A stretch of 63,085 nt of DNA, the filler included, from Hausera hauseri (taxonomy: Eukaryota), in NCBI GenBank assembly GCA_046269625.1. It is 10 parts of 10 records of this genome, joined end to end, with 100 filler letters (N's around TTAATTAATTAA, not from the genome) between each part and the next. Parts side by side here need not be neighbours in the genome. Positions count along the whole stretch, not along the records: positions 33,625 to 38,116 come from JBJURY010555785.1; positions 38,217 to 47,581 come from JBJURY010396589.1; positions 47,682 to 51,636 come from JBJURY010860410.1; 7 more parts are not named here. One strand, 5' to 3'. This document shows positions 35,410 through 49,270 of this stretch, piece by piece. The notes below the pieces were generated by a model. It saw nothing but the letters and a program-made list of their open reading frames with translations, had not been told where the DNA came from and made no database searches. A program made the translations under genes and the position numbers. How positions within the stretch are numbered: position 1 is the first letter of the stretch; each line of letters begins with the position of its first letter.

Positions 35410-38116
35410 TTATCTTAAGCGCCAATGTCCGTACGCCCAACTTTTATTTCTCCCCACCCACTTTCGCTTATCATCGTTGCATGACAAAGCAACCTTTTTA
35501 TTTGTGATGGTATACAGCTGGTGCTCAATCGATCGTATGTTCGTTTGAGACACAACAGCCGTTCCTCCTTCTCCGTCATCTTGTCCATCATAGACACGGA
35601 GATAATCACCGTGATTTATTTCCGTCTGTTTCAGCTGGATGCCTTTTGCCCGCATTTTCGGCCCACAGTCTGTTAGAAGACTGTAACACTTTGGGCACAA
35701 AAATATCCATTCCTTGTATTGAACCCGGCCTTCACTTTCGTCCTTGAAGCAGTCGATTTTGTTTGTTACCGCGCTGCTGTACAGTGAATGGTCCGGTGGG
35801 TAGTTGGACGCGTCCAGTAGTCCATCTGACATCATTTGTCGGAGCAGCTGGTCTCGATTGATGTTTTTCAGATCAAGAAAGAAGCTGTCTGTGTCACCGG
35901 CAACGACACTGATCTTACAGTCGCCGCTGCCGCCGAACATTTTCCGGTAACGTGCCAAGTCGCAATATTTGAGCTCGTACATTCGCAACTTGCTCAGATC
36001 CAATACCACTTGTCCAATGTAGCTTGGCCGGTCCAGTACGACTTCTTCCCAGTTTAGAAGCACGGCGACCAATCCATCGGCAATGTGCATTGACCGTCTG
36101 AACTAAGCCTTGCTGGTGTACGTAACCAGTCGTTTTTCGTTGTTGGACAGGCGCACATTGAGCCGCTTCTTCAGATTTTCCACTGTTTTCCCGTCCAGTG
36201 AATTGTTTTTGAGCTTGTAATAGTCCTTTTCGAACTTTGTACAAATTGCAGCTCGTTTCCCGGAATTTCCATCAATGTATGCCTTGAATATCGGCACCTG
36301 ATTGAAGCGGATTGCACGAATCAGCTGTGTGACGCGTACACCGAGCTGCATGTAAAACTGCAGCAGACGCCAATGAACCACGTAATTCGATTTGGGTTCA
36401 TGTGTTATGATCTGTTTCTTTACTTTTGAGTAGCCGGGTAGACATTGGCTAATTGGTGCGACCGGCAGTTCATCCAGAAAATCATGCACCTCATCCGGTA
36501 CCACGAGATCAACTTCCATTAGGTAACAGACTGAGCTGCTTTCTGTCGTGTTTGCTGCTTGCAGACTGTCCACCAATGTATTTCGTTCTTGTTTGTCCAT
36601 TATCCATTCAAATAAACCTTACTGCAAAGGTTGCGAAAGCGCCCAGCCGTTCGGGTTATTAATATCGATGTACAACATTGACGTTGTATCATCGTCATCA
36701 CTGTTTACGTGATGCTTCTTGACAAATGTCATGCCGCCACGAATGCCAACGTCAAACAGTTGGTATATTCCCGGGTCTTGTAGCAGCTCAATGTCTCGAT
36801 CTAGTGACATTAGTTCCGATGCCCAACTCATTCCCGGTATTGAGTAAAAGTTGAGCGGTTCCAACCTATCTTCATCCAACGCTTTAGCCCAAAATGTCTG
36901 AAACACATTGGCTAATAAGTACACATCGAGCTTTAGATACTGAAGCATGTAGTCCAACATGTTTCTACAATTGAGCTCTGTTCAAGATTCCTGTGCTCTG
37001 TGATATTCATCTTCTGTGATACCTGTCCATCGCGGCGGTAATTCCTCTGTCGTCCGGAGTCGCTCATATGACACGGCAAAGTCATACGGGAATATACCTT
37101 TGCTCCGTGTAATATGTGTGGGAACTGCGTCATTGCTATCGACACATCCGGCAAGGCATTTACCAGCTTCGCCAGCGATTAATTGAGAAATTGCAATGAA
37201 TCGAGGAAGCGTACCTGGAACCGGTTCATGCGTGCCAATAGGGAGAGGTACTTTTCCATCTTTGTTGGGATTATGGATAGCTCCCAGTGCGGAAATCCAT
37301 TTACGGAGCATTTCAGAATATGGTGACAGTCATAACCCCTGAAGTTATGCTTCTCCCAAGTATTGACCAGTGAAATGATCGTGATCCGATACGAGCCGTT
37401 CTAGTGCGTGAAACGGTAATATTTTGTGACACAGGTAACATTCATCGGTCGCAGAGAACATCAGCTGTTCATATTCATCTGTCCAAATCAATGGTTTAGT
37501 GAAATTATTGCGATAGTACGGCTCTATTTCCGTTTCCACTATCGTTTCTAAACGCTGCAGGAAATCACGTACAGAGTTCCAGCCGTGAAAGGCGTAATAC
37601 GGCGGCTGACTGACCGCTTTTATTGGGGCAACCAACATACAAACGGCAATTGGAACGTGTTTTTGATCATACTCGTTGTGCCGTGGTAGAATTGCCTCAA
37701 TATCGGAATATATTATATATGCCAAACTGTCCGTTTTTGACCAGTCACTGAATCGGAAGCTCCTTTTTGAGTGGCATGACGTACATGGTTGTTCCCGTTG
37801 AATTCTGCTTGCACAGCGCCACATGTTTTTCCCATGCTGCCTTTGACCTGAAACCACGCAGACATACAGGACACCATATACATTGTATACGCTTTTGGAC
37901 AAACTGATGGTGATCCATGTTCAACAGTCGGTCCAAATTGGTCACTGTCATGTAACGGAACTTTTCTTTTTGTTCCAGCAGTAACAAATATATTGGGCGT
38001 CCATTGCGTTCCGACTTTGATATATTATGTCTACATGGGGGTTCTTATATATCTCTTCGTTTGCCGGTATTTGTACAATTGTATTGTACCGCAACACATT
38101 TATTACCAGTGTTGGA
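35410..38116 (-). pseudogene. Protein-primed family B DNA polymerase (Polinton/adintovirus type), nearly full length, degenerate
   Basis: CPVC..H..C finger, IIYSDIEA, DHDHFTGQYLG, KGIFPYD, YLKLDVYLL, GIRGG, YIDINN..GWALSQPL, YYKLKNNSLDGKTVEN, GDTDSF, FKDE, PKCY, DDKR. Confidence 0.93.
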
Positions 38117-38216
38117 NNNNNNNNNNNNNNNNNNNNNNNNNNNNNNNNNNNNNNNNNNNNTTAATTAATTAANNNNNNNNNNNNNNNNNNNNNNNNNNNN
38201 NNNNNNNNNNNNNNNN
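38117..38216. other. Artificial contig spacer
   Basis: 44 N + TTAATTAATTAA + 44 N. Confidence 0.99.
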
Positions 38217-38435
38217 CGAAATACAATATTTTACGTAAAAGATCAAATCAACGGTCAGAAGTTTACGCAACCTCACTCCTAATTTCCCGATTTGCTAATG
38301 AAGACATATTCAACATCGAACCACTCAACAATGGTGGTATCTGACAGTATTCCATGTCCGTATCGTGAATATGAATTGCATTGTGCATACAGAAAATGTT
38401 TAGCGCTATGTATAGACTATGTTTCACGTAAATAA
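38217..38435 (+). pseudogene. Polinton-associated exonuclease-like protein, 3' part (copy 2)
   Basis: NTIFYVKDQINGQKFTQ..CPYREYELHCAYRKCLALCIDY, homologous to 34127-34346. Confidence 0.7.
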
Positions 38436-38734
38436 ATATACATATTTCTTTTCTCTTATGTAAATAAGGTTCATGACGCATTGATATGTTGAATTGTTCA
38501 AAATTATAATAAATGTAGGTTATAAGATTAATATTTATGGAAATAGTAGATCAGTTGAAGCAATTGCAAAATTTTGATGGGTTATTAATTTCAGAGTTGG
38601 TACAATGGTGGCAAGTATTTGATAATTATTTAGTTGTAAGAGCAGGAGATTTGGGATTTAAAGAAGATTTGAAAGTAGAAATGGTCGAACACGCATTGCT
38701 AAATTACATTAATTACACTCAGTTCTAGATATCA

Positions 38735-40433
38735 ACGGGTAAAATGATTGTGATCCGGTACGAGCTGTTCCATAGCATTGAACGCTAACCTTTTTTGACA
38801 CAGATAATATTCATCGGTGGCAGCAAAAGCAACTGTTTGTATTCATCTGTCCAGATCAAAGGTTTAGTGAAATTATTGCTATATCACGGTGCTATTTCTG
38901 TTTTTACTATTGTTTCCAAGTGTTACAGGAAATCGCGAATATAGTTACAACCATGAAAAATGTAATACTACAGTTGACCAGTGGATTTTATTGGGACAAC
39001 CCAACATACCGACGGCAAATAGAACATGCTTCTGGTAATAAACGTTGTGCCGTTATAGAATAGCTTCGATATCTACATATACCACATATGCAGGAATGTC
39101 CGTTTTAAATAAGTCACGGAATCTGAGATTCTTGTTAACAAGCATTACGTACATTGTTGTTCCTGATGAATTTTGTTTGCATAACGTCGTATGTTTTTCC
39201 AATGTTGCTTCTGACTTGAAACAATGCAAGCATACAGGACACAATTTACATTGTATACACTTTTTGATGAACTGATCATGGTCCATGTTTAACAATCTGT
39301 TTAAATTTGTCACGGCCACGTAACGAAAATTTTTCTTTTGCTCTAATAGTAGCAAATTTACTAAACAGACTTTCGGGTTCCGACTTCGATAAATTATGTC
39401 CACATGAGGATTCTTGTAAACCTCTCCATCCGTCAGTATTTCTACTATTGCGTTATACAGGAAAAAGTTTATTGATAGTGTCAAATTACGCCGTTCAAAA
39501 GCCGGAATGCTTTTCAGTTTCATTAGCATCCAGCACTCATCAAAGTCCAATTCGAAAAAATATTGCCGATACTGTTTTGGACGATATGCATGATCTCTGG
39601 ACACTTCGTTATATTTTAATACAGCCAGAATGCTGTAAAGAAATCAGTATTCCTCAGTATTTTTTACATTCACTATTGCAAGAGACTGCTTCAGAGCTGC
39701 AGGTGTCGGTATGTATGATCGTCCAGACGAATATATTATATCACTTGGCTTTGTTATAATAAAGTCGAGAGTGATAATTTTTATAATTCTTCATCCACTA
39801 CCTTTTTCGGTAGAGTTGGCGATTTTCTCATCGAGCCTTTCGCCTATATCAGCAATAAATCTTCGGAATAAGGTACAGCTGAATGTAACAGGTACCACTG
39901 TTTCCTGTCACCTTGTACATTTTGAAATTTACATATTGCACTTTGCAGTGGTGTTGGAATTTCTTCACTTCTGATTCTAATCGAATGCCCACACTGGACG
40001 GTACGTGTATTAATTGCAGTGTTGTTCTCGCTGACATGTCCACTTTCATGTCCACGTACGACATGTTTAGAATCTAATCTTTAGATCGTACTTCACAGTA
40101 ATGGGAAGGTAAAGTTCCTACTGATGCTCCTGCTGCTGATGCTGCTGATGACAATGCTGCGTACTGATGCTTTAATGTATTCTTTAAGGCTTGTTAAATC
40201 TTGACGTTTTCTGCTTGTTGAGGGAATGCTTTTGTTTGGTGCGTCCATCACTCTTTGCCTTTTGGAGCGCTAAAACTGGTTAAATGATTCCTATGGTCGT
40301 TATAAAATTGTTCATAGTTGATTTGCGCTAAAACTATTGAACAACCCGGACAAATATAGGCCCGTTTACCATGCACCGTTTTGGTGCCACAGTATTGCTC
40401 CATTTTACTATGACACCCATCAACGTTATGCAC
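38735..40433 (-). pseudogene. pPolB N-terminal region (paralogue of the contig F copy)
   Basis: LLLEQKKNFRYVAVTNLNRLLNMDH, LCPVCLHCF..KHTTLCKQNS, VYVDIEAIL and DHNHFT align with 37350-38100. Confidence 0.85.
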
Positions 40434-41049
40434 TGTTGTACTATTACAGTACTATGGATATACGAGGATTCCACCATCAGTTAAACGAGAATAATTTGAA
40501 CCGTTCCCACCCAAAATGATTGGAAACTGGAATATGGATTACATTGGTTACGTGATATATCAGTATAATGAATTTGACAATATAATGAATTTTTTAGTGG
40601 TCATACAATGAGTATGATTTACAAGCTTAAACTTATTTGTAATAAATTATTTAATCAACCTTGCCTTTATTGAAATGTGCTGAAGAATAATTTTCTTAAA
40701 AGTAAAGAAACTCAACGATAGCTGAAATGAGTAATGATATGTCCATACAAAGAATATTAAAATTATTTCAGAAAATTTCAATTTTTTGTCATAAGTTACA
40801 ATTTTCAGTTTCCAAACAAACTGTTATTATGTATGTTATACTTTATAAATTACCCGATTGCATTGATTACAATTTTCTCGCTACGAGTGCGAAAATATTT
40901 CCGCAGACACATTCAGGAAACGTGTCGGTTTCCAAGTTAGATGATGCAGATAGTGTCCTGATATCTATGGCACAACTCCATAGTCATGCTCTCAATATAA
41001 TTTCCGAACGGCTCTCATTTTTGAACAATCATATTGCTTGTCTACCGGA

Positions 41050-44000
41050 AACCTCCTCTGACCTACCCTCACCATCGAGCGGCGATCGGTGGGCCTTGAC
41101 TGGGGTGGCTGGCATTTGGCTTGAGCGTTTTGAGAGCCATTTCGCCGGAGGTTTTGGCGCGCCCTCAATTCGTGCGACACATCGCGTCCCGGGCATTTTA
41201 GACAATTTTCTATACCTCGTTTCTTTTTCTCAGAATAAACAAGTACACTCATGTTACGTGCGTAAAAAGTCATCAGTTGAAAACTTGTCTGGTGTGTTGT
41301 CACATCAAACTAACTTTAGTAGTTTTCGCCTTAACTTCAATGGTTTTCTTCTTCATCCATCGGACATTCTCACATCTTTTCCCCATTTATCTTTAACACT
41401 TCTGCTCACCATACACCTTTGCTCAGCTGGTCTGATCCAAAAGCCTCATCTAACGAACAACAAAACTTTGTCGACATTTCTGCTCTCAGTGTACCTCTAA
41501 ATCCCCCTCTACCTCCGCCGTCTACCATAAACCTACCTTTCGTAGAATACTTAGCCAACAAGCAACATTCCAGCCGAACATGGCTGGACATCCATGCAGC
41601 TGGGTTAAAGTCAAATAATATGGTCGACTCCTTCCTTAAAGCAAACAGCTTTCTTATACTTTAGCCTACCAACATTAAATCGCCGTTTTCCAACTTTTTG
41701 TAAATATTTCAAAGCAGTGACCCATAAAAAGCACTCTTTAATTAGACCTTAAAAATCACGTAACCATCTCTGGATAATATTATCCACAAATATTTCTATG
41801 ACAACACCATAGGCACATTAAAACCCTCAGAATTTCTTCAAACCTCGTTAACTCAGTTGAGTACTCTTGGCGTTAATCAAGCAAACAACGCCGATTTACT
41901 ACGCAGATATTTTCTGCGCTCTTTACCCAGAGACATACGTGCATTATTAACTATAGTAGAGGATACATCGACACTACAAAAGCTGGCACAATTGGCTGAT
42001 AAAAGCCGTGAGATATTACTCGCACATACAGCCCCATTAGTCATTGCTACGCTGCAAACATGAGCAACACAACAGGTTGACGAAATATCAAACATGAACA
42101 GTCAAATTAATTCTTGACGTACCAAATATGCCAATTTCACTACTCACATCGAAAATCGAAGCTTTGGCCATGCCTAGGCGGAGTCGTTTCGATGCTAACC
42201 ATAGTCGCACTTTGTCTCAAAGTTCAAGACATACGATGTAGCCTACACGATCAATGGTGTGTTACTACTACTCAAAATTTAAATATAATGCCACTAGATG
42301 CTTCATAAGTTGCAGATTTATGTTCCCATTTTAGAGGATACAATATTGTCTGCATTTACCATAATAAGTTTAACTTCAAAGCCACAACTGCATCACAGGT
42401 TGCACCTTTGTTAACCGATCAAATCCATCACAACCTACTTCTTCAAATAACTTAAATACTGTACCTCCAAAAATCTTATAAAGCCACCAGATATTTCGGT
42501 ACATACTGGCACGGTCAAGCGTTTTAATTCTGATAGCTGCACCTACACTGTTTTCACTTTAAAAGCCTCCTTGACATCCAAACCCAGTCAACCAATTAAC
42601 TTCCTTATTGATTCGAGGCCGCTGTCTCTTTGTTGCCATCGTCCATCAAAACAACAGCCATTTCACCATCTAACACCAGGTTGTATACAGCCAACGGCCA
42701 AGCATTATCTGCGTTCTGCACGTCCTAGATCTCATTCACGTTACCACCATTCTCCGACATTTTGAAATGGATTTTCATCATCGCCGACACACAATCCCCA
42801 ATAATTGGCTCTGATTTCCTATCTTTCTGCAACCTCGTTACAGATTGCAAACAACGTCGGATCATTAAAAGCAGTTCAACAAAGCCAACTTCTACAAATA
42901 ACCCCCCACGAACCACGCATCCTATCTCATCTATAAAATCGATATTAAAGAAATCATAAGCCAACGTAAATAAAAACCTTATTGATACCAATATAAATAA
43001 TCCAACGTTTTAGTTGAAGTCCGATAAAAAAGGAACGAAAAGCGTTGACAAAGATGATTGAGGCAACTCGATTTCTACCGTTTCTTTCACTGCGTCCAAT
43101 CAATTCACCGCCATAACGACAACATACTTTACTACGCTTAGCCAAGGATTACGACAGTATTTAATCAAGACATGTTTTCGTACGATAAAAAATATGCAGA
43201 ATTTCGACCAGCTGGCACTACATTCCATCATATATATCACAGAAAATCTTAGGCCTGTTAGGCAGAAACTCCGATCACTTTCAACACACCGTCGACTGGC
43301 TATCCAAGCGGAGTTCTCTTCACTCGAGCAAGCTGGAATAACAAAACGCTTTAAATCAGCGTGGGCATCACCACTCCACGTCGTCCCAAAAAGGTGGCAC
43401 ATTTCGTCCATGGGCGATTATCGCCAACTTAATAATGTCACTACAATGGATGCTTATCCTCTACCGTTGATTAAGGATATGTTACATTCTTTGCAAAAAA
43501 CCACAATTTATTCAACCGTAGATCTTGAAAAAGCCTACCACTAAATACCGGTAGCACTCGAAGACGTCCAAAAACGGCCATAATAACACCCTATGGTCTC
43601 TTCGAATACGCATTCATGCCGTTCGGTTTGAAGAACGTAGCACAAACTTTTCAACGACGCATTGATTCAGTCCTTTCAGGTTTGCCATTTGTACATATAT
43701 ATATCGACGATATACTAGTCGCATCGACATAACCCAAACAACACTAAGTACATTTCAGACTAGTTTTCCAACACTTACACAACTATAATTTGCAAGTTAA
43801 CTTTTCTAAGTGTCCCTTCTTCCAGAAAAAGGTTAATTTCCTTCGCCATGTCATCACACCTAATAATCACAGTCCATAGCCTGATAGCATTCAACAATTA
43901 CGAAACATTGAGTTACCAAAAACTACTACTGACATGCATAGTTTCCTCGGGACGTTACATTTTGCACATAAATACGTCCAACACTGTAGTCAGTTAACTG

Positions 44001-46036
44001 CTGCTTTCGCTCAACCCGGAGCAAGGCCGACAAAAAAACATATATTGCATGTCAGAACTTGTAAACCAGTTTGACGAACTCCGCGACAAGCTTAAAACAG
44101 TTGAAATATTAGCTTAACCAAAATCTGATGCTGACCTCATTTTGAAAACCGATGCATCGGTTCTTCACCAAATATCCCAAGATATAAATAAGCCACTAGA
44201 ATTCTTTTCACGTAGGCTTTAGCCACAAAAACGCCGTTATTCCACATTCGACAAAGAACTCTTGGCCACATTTAGCTCTTAAACATTTTTCTCATTTGCT
44301 TATCGCTCGTTCCTTCACCATTCAAACGGACCACAAATCTCTCGTCCACGTAATGAACACGAAATAATCATCACTCTGACAAGAACGTCTTATCTCGTAC
44401 CTGTTAACATTTAACATTAAAATTTGCATTATTTCTGGTACGGATAATTTAATAGCATATTTCTTATCACGACCAGTCGGTGCAATTAGCGTCACACCCA
44501 TATTCTCCAAAGAACAGTTAATCCAAAATTACCCTTCAGCAAATATTCCTAAACAATACAAATCTGTCCAAATCATCGATGGCGTAGCAATGGACACGTC
44601 GAGACCTTGGCAACATTTACCAATTTTGGCACCTTCTCTCTAACAAATAGCATTTAACTATATCCATTAGTTGCATCATCCAGGTTCCAAGGCTACATTC
44701 CGCCTCCTCAAACGTAACGTAACATGGCCATCAATGAGGTCTGACGTACAAAACCGGGTTAGGCAATGCGTATCTTGCCAAAAATTTAAAGTAGCTAAAT
44801 ATCTTAAACCACCATTATTCCATTTTCCATGTACATCCCGCTTTGAGTCAGTTCACATAGATATCGTTGGCCCATTACCTTCTGATAACGGCCACCAATT
44901 CACCTTAACAATAATGTACCGCGCGTCTCGTTGGCCGGAAGCCGTCCCTTTACGCTCCATCAATATAGACTCCATTGCCAACGCATTCATAAGTATTTGG
45001 ATTAGCCGCTTCGGTTTACCTCGCTATATAATTACAGACCAAGGACCTCAATTTGAGTCAAATCTATTCAAGTCCTTAGCTAATCGACTGGACATAAATC
45101 ACATACACATAACTCCATATCATCCCCAGTCGAACGGCTTGTTGGAACACTTTTATCGCACTCTCAAGATCTCGTTAAAAATCCTGGTCGAAACTAATAA
45201 GAATTAGACAACCATTTTTCCTTTTATTTTACTGGGGTGGTGCAATACGCCGTCTACTACCATTGGTTGCGCACCCGCTAAAGCACTTTTCGGTATCACA
45301 ATTTGTGCACTTTTTGAACTCACCGACTTGGACAACACACCAACTGACGAAACAATTAGGTCTGCACAAATTACTTTGTTCATCTAAACCAGGATTCTAT
45401 CTGCAAAACAGTACATTGTGACAAAACATACTTACCTGACTCACTATTTAATGCAAAGTTTGTGTGGTTAAAAACCCTTCACCTTCCGGTTTTCAACCAA
45501 ACTACTTAAGACTATTTAAAGACCTCAACGTTATCTCACACACAGTTACGACATTAAAAAATGATAAGGAACAAAACGTTTACATAACTAACGTGAAACC
45601 TGCATTTTTGTTAATGATACACCAGACCCCTCAGCTGAGCCTTCAAAAACCTTTCTCGAGTCCTTCAATCCGTCTTTTGTTCTACTTCCACGACAACCTG
45701 CTACTTCAAGACCTGCAGAAATTCAATACACTATACTAAACGACATACCGACCAGTTCTCAAGCTGCTGACATGTTCAATCAAAACCTAACTTCATTTCA
45801 ACCATCTCAACAAACAAGTGAACAGCACGTTAAACAAAGCAAGACGGTTGCCTTCAGCAAATACATCAGAGAACAAAATACCGATAAAATTCAACGTCTC
45901 GTCCATACAAAGACCCATTAGTTCGCTTACACCATTCTGCTTTGTCTCTACTTTCTTCTTTCTACCTTTTTATCTTCTTACAGCGTCTTTTTCGTAACGG
46001 GGGTAATGTGGTGCCGCGGACTCGGGCGCCACCACA
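41050..46036 (+). mobile_element. Gypsy LTR retrotransposon (CsRn1-like), near-complete gag-pol, heavily degenerate
   Basis: gag KPSEFL..FLRSLP..LAQLADK; CHCC-like motifs ~42257 and ~42347; PR INFLIDS; RT SAWASPLHVVPK, GDYRQLN, YIDDILV; RH KTDAS, YSTFDKELLA; IN HHPG..CVSC, VHIDIVGPLP, ITDQGPQF, YHPQSNG; PPT ~45997. Confidence 0.92.
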
Positions 46037-47306
46037 GTCTACCTTACATGAGAAAATCAGCTCTACAATTAAATAAAAATGAAGGTCCTCAAAAGGTCAG
46101 CAGTAGCAGATTTCGAACATAATTTAAGAAATTCCATATCTCAATAAGTTTACCAGCCATTCATTTCTGTCAAACACGATGAAGTAATCGACTCTGAAAT
46201 TATGTTCATCTTCAATCGCGATCGCCAACCCCCACAAACAGTTACGCCTGGCCCGTATACAGCTGTTCATTTTCCCTGACAAATTCTATCACCAACGCCA
46301 ACCATTATTCGGGCAATTGTATTGAGAACCATTTTTGTTCTACCATTATATGAATACAGCCAAAACCAACAGCCGAAACAACCTATGCTTGACCCGAGAA
46401 TTTTTCACTATATAAATAACAATAAAAGCAACAACGACGAAGGTATTGGTGAAGAAAATGTAGACGAAAACGACATGGGAAAACAAATTATATTACCAGT
46501 TGAAATTAAAGATCCGTTTATCATAAATTTTTACGGAACAGATAAAAACCATTGCTAGTTGTTTTCCATTTGCTGTAAAGTCTGTTGTGTTTTAACACGC
46601 CGTCGAGATAAGTGAGACAAAATTCGGATTAAATGCGACAAATGATATTATGGTTTTCAGAAGAATAATAAAGAATATTGCCCGAAAGGTTGTCCGAAGA
46701 TTATTCCCCCGAGCAAAAGATGAAAAATGAAAATGCCACATCGGAATTAAAATTGTGATAAATCATATCAGAAACATTCCAATTACATTCGAAATAGTAC
46801 TGTAAATAGCGATTTTATTGGTTGTTTGCATTTTGGTTAATTAGATTGTTGGATAGTTTGTTGCACACTACAATCACTGAAAACATATCGCATGAAAACA
46901 CGTGGATTTACTATGGACATATTTTTTGATAATGAATTTTAATAGTGCTTGATTATTAAAATTTTAAATAAAGACAATAAATCCTATTTTTGTCATATTT
47001 GTTTTTTGTGTTAAATTTTATCGTAAGTTCATGGAATTTATTGAGAATTGGATTCTAAATAATTTCTCATTTCTCTCGGAATTATTTGTACATAAATTTC
47101 TGAAATACCAGACATTACAGCAACCATCGTACCAAGTCTGAAATTGATAATTCATCAAAATTTTGCAATAGCTTCAGTTGATTGACTATTTCCATGATGA
47201 TGGTGATGATTAATATTATTTCCTGCCCGTATTTTTAGTTAATTCGAATTATTCAACTAACCAATACGGCGTACCTTATTTACCGAAACAAAAAAGAAAT
47301 ATTTAT

Positions 47307-47581
47307 TTATTTGCATGAAATATAGTCAACACAAAGCCCTAGACATTTCTTGTAAACATAATATGGTGCATAATCACGATACGGACATGTAATATTGTCA
47401 GGTACCATCACCAGCGTGTTGTTCGATGTGAAAACGTCGTCATTCGCAACTCGGGAAACTGTAAATGGAGTTGTGTAAACCTTTGTCCGTAAATTTGATC
47501 TTTATTTTAAAATATTGTATTTTCAATGTCAAAATGGTCACAAATGTCTCACATAATACATGATACGCAAAACGTTAAACT
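47307..47581 (-). pseudogene. Polinton-associated exonuclease-like protein, 3' part (copy 3)
   Basis: Reverse complement aligns with 34075-34346 (FDIENTIF.IKDQI.GQ.FTQLH.QFPELR..YRDY..YKKCL.LC.DYISCK). Confidence 0.75.
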
Positions 47582-47681
47582 NNNNNNNNNNNNNNNNNNN
47601 NNNNNNNNNNNNNNNNNNNNNNNNNTTAATTAATTAANNNNNNNNNNNNNNNNNNNNNNNNNNNNNNNNNNNNNNNNNNNN
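47582..47681. other. Artificial contig spacer
   Basis: 44 N + TTAATTAATTAA + 44 N. Confidence 0.99.
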
Positions 47682-47930
47682 GAATGGCATCCTCTTGAAA
47701 CAATACTTGCCACTCCTGATTGAGAATGCGGTCTTCACTTGGGAGTCTTCGTCTAGTTCAACCTGATAGTAGGTGTTACCTAAGTCAATAGATGTAAAGA
47801 ACTTAGCTCCATTTAGTGTGTCTAACATTTCTGAGATTTTGGGTATCGGAAATACCGGCTTTTCGGTTATCTGGTTCAGTTGTCTAAAGTCCAGACACAA
47901 ACGTATGTCCTTCTCGTCCTTTTGCAAACA
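47682..47930 (-). mobile_element. pol: Gypsy reverse transcriptase fragment
   Basis: IRLCLDFRQLN..FPIP..GAKFFTSIDL..YYQV..KTAF..RMPF. Confidence 0.9.
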
Positions 47931-47964
47931 CAGACCCGTGGAGTGTTCCACGATGACTCGCATG

Positions 47965-49270
47965 TCTTAATGATGCCGCGGTGGTATATCTTTCGTAAAT
48001 AAGCATAGGGTTGTCTCTGGTGAAAGCATCAGTCTCTTGTATATAGATGTAAATAATTTTCACGGCTGGGCTTTATCGCAACCACTGTCATTTGCGAATT
48101 TGGTTTGGATATATGATGAGAATAAGTTAAACAGTCTAACTGAACAATTACCCTATATTGACCGTCTCACGGAAAAACGAAGTTGTATTTAAAGTCGACT
48201 TGAGCATTCCTGCTGACAAACATGATAAATTGGACCTACTGCCTCTAGCCCCAATTAATAAACGTCCGCCTGGTTCAAAAGTTAAGAAATTGCTGCTTAC
48301 ACATGAGCGAAAGTCCAACTATATTGTTCACTACCGGCTCTTACAATTGTACATCGATTTAGGCGCTGTAGTTGAAAAGGTACATCGAGCCGTTGAGTTT
48401 GACCAGAGTTATGGCTTTAAGGATTATATCGATTTAATACTTCTAAGAGGGCTGCGGCGGAAAATCCTTTTGAAAAGGACTTTATTAAACTTAAGAACAA
48501 CAGCTTATATGGCAAAACAGTAGAAAATTTGCTGAATAGGTCTTATCTGAGATTGTGCACTAATGCTAAGAAGCTTGTTACATATGCAAGTAAGGCCCAT
48601 TTTATAGAGAGAATAATAATAGCTGATGATCTAGTTGCCGTTCTCCTCAATAAAGACACAGTCACATTAGATAGACCCTCATTCATCGGTCAGACCGTAC
48701 TTGATCTATCCAATTTATGGATGTATGAGCTGAATTATATCGACTTGGAGACGTATAGGCACCAGTTTCAGTGTGAACTTAATGTTGATGCTGGTGACAC
48801 AAACAGTTTTTTCATTGAATGTCGTGGCGCGGATTTAAAATCGCAACTCTTACCGGCAATGATAGCAAATGAGCAGTTAGATACATCGAACTATGATAAG
48901 AGTGATCCGCTGTACTCGACTCGTTTCGCAGCTGTAATTGGGAAATTTAAAGACGAGAGCAAGGGCTGCGTTCAGTATCAAGAGGCAATTTTCCTACGGC
49001 GGAAATCCTATGTCCTCAAAACCGAATCCAAACCAGTGCTCAATTGCAAGGGCATAAATATCAAGCGGACAGACTTGCAGCTCAGTAATTACCTACAGGC
49101 TTATGAAACCGGTTGCAGTACTATGGCGGATAAGGAACGAATTGGCAGTAAAAACCACAAGCTCATGACAATCAGTTCAAAAAAGAAAGCACCGGATCCG
49201 TTCGACGACAAACGCCACTGGATTGAAAAGAATAAAAGTGTTGCATAGGAACATTATTGTATAAATATGT
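47965..49270 (+). pseudogene. pPolB C-terminal polymerase domain (Polinton/adintovirus type), degenerate
   Basis: RGGISFVNK, LLYIDVNN.HGWALSQPL, KLKNNSLYGKTVEN, LDRPSFIGQTVLDLS, GDTNSFF, GKFKDE, DDKR. Confidence 0.92.

Larger units (their letters stand above)
33625..38116. mobile_element. Polinton/Maverick (adintovirus-like) endogenous viral element segment
   Basis: Intronless dUTPase, exonuclease-like ORF and small ORF on + strand converge on pPolB on - strand. Confidence 0.8.

Noticed and set aside
40727-41500. 257-aa ORF
   Set aside because: Spans the junction between flanking DNA and the Gypsy leader and has no recognisable domain; likely a chance read-through
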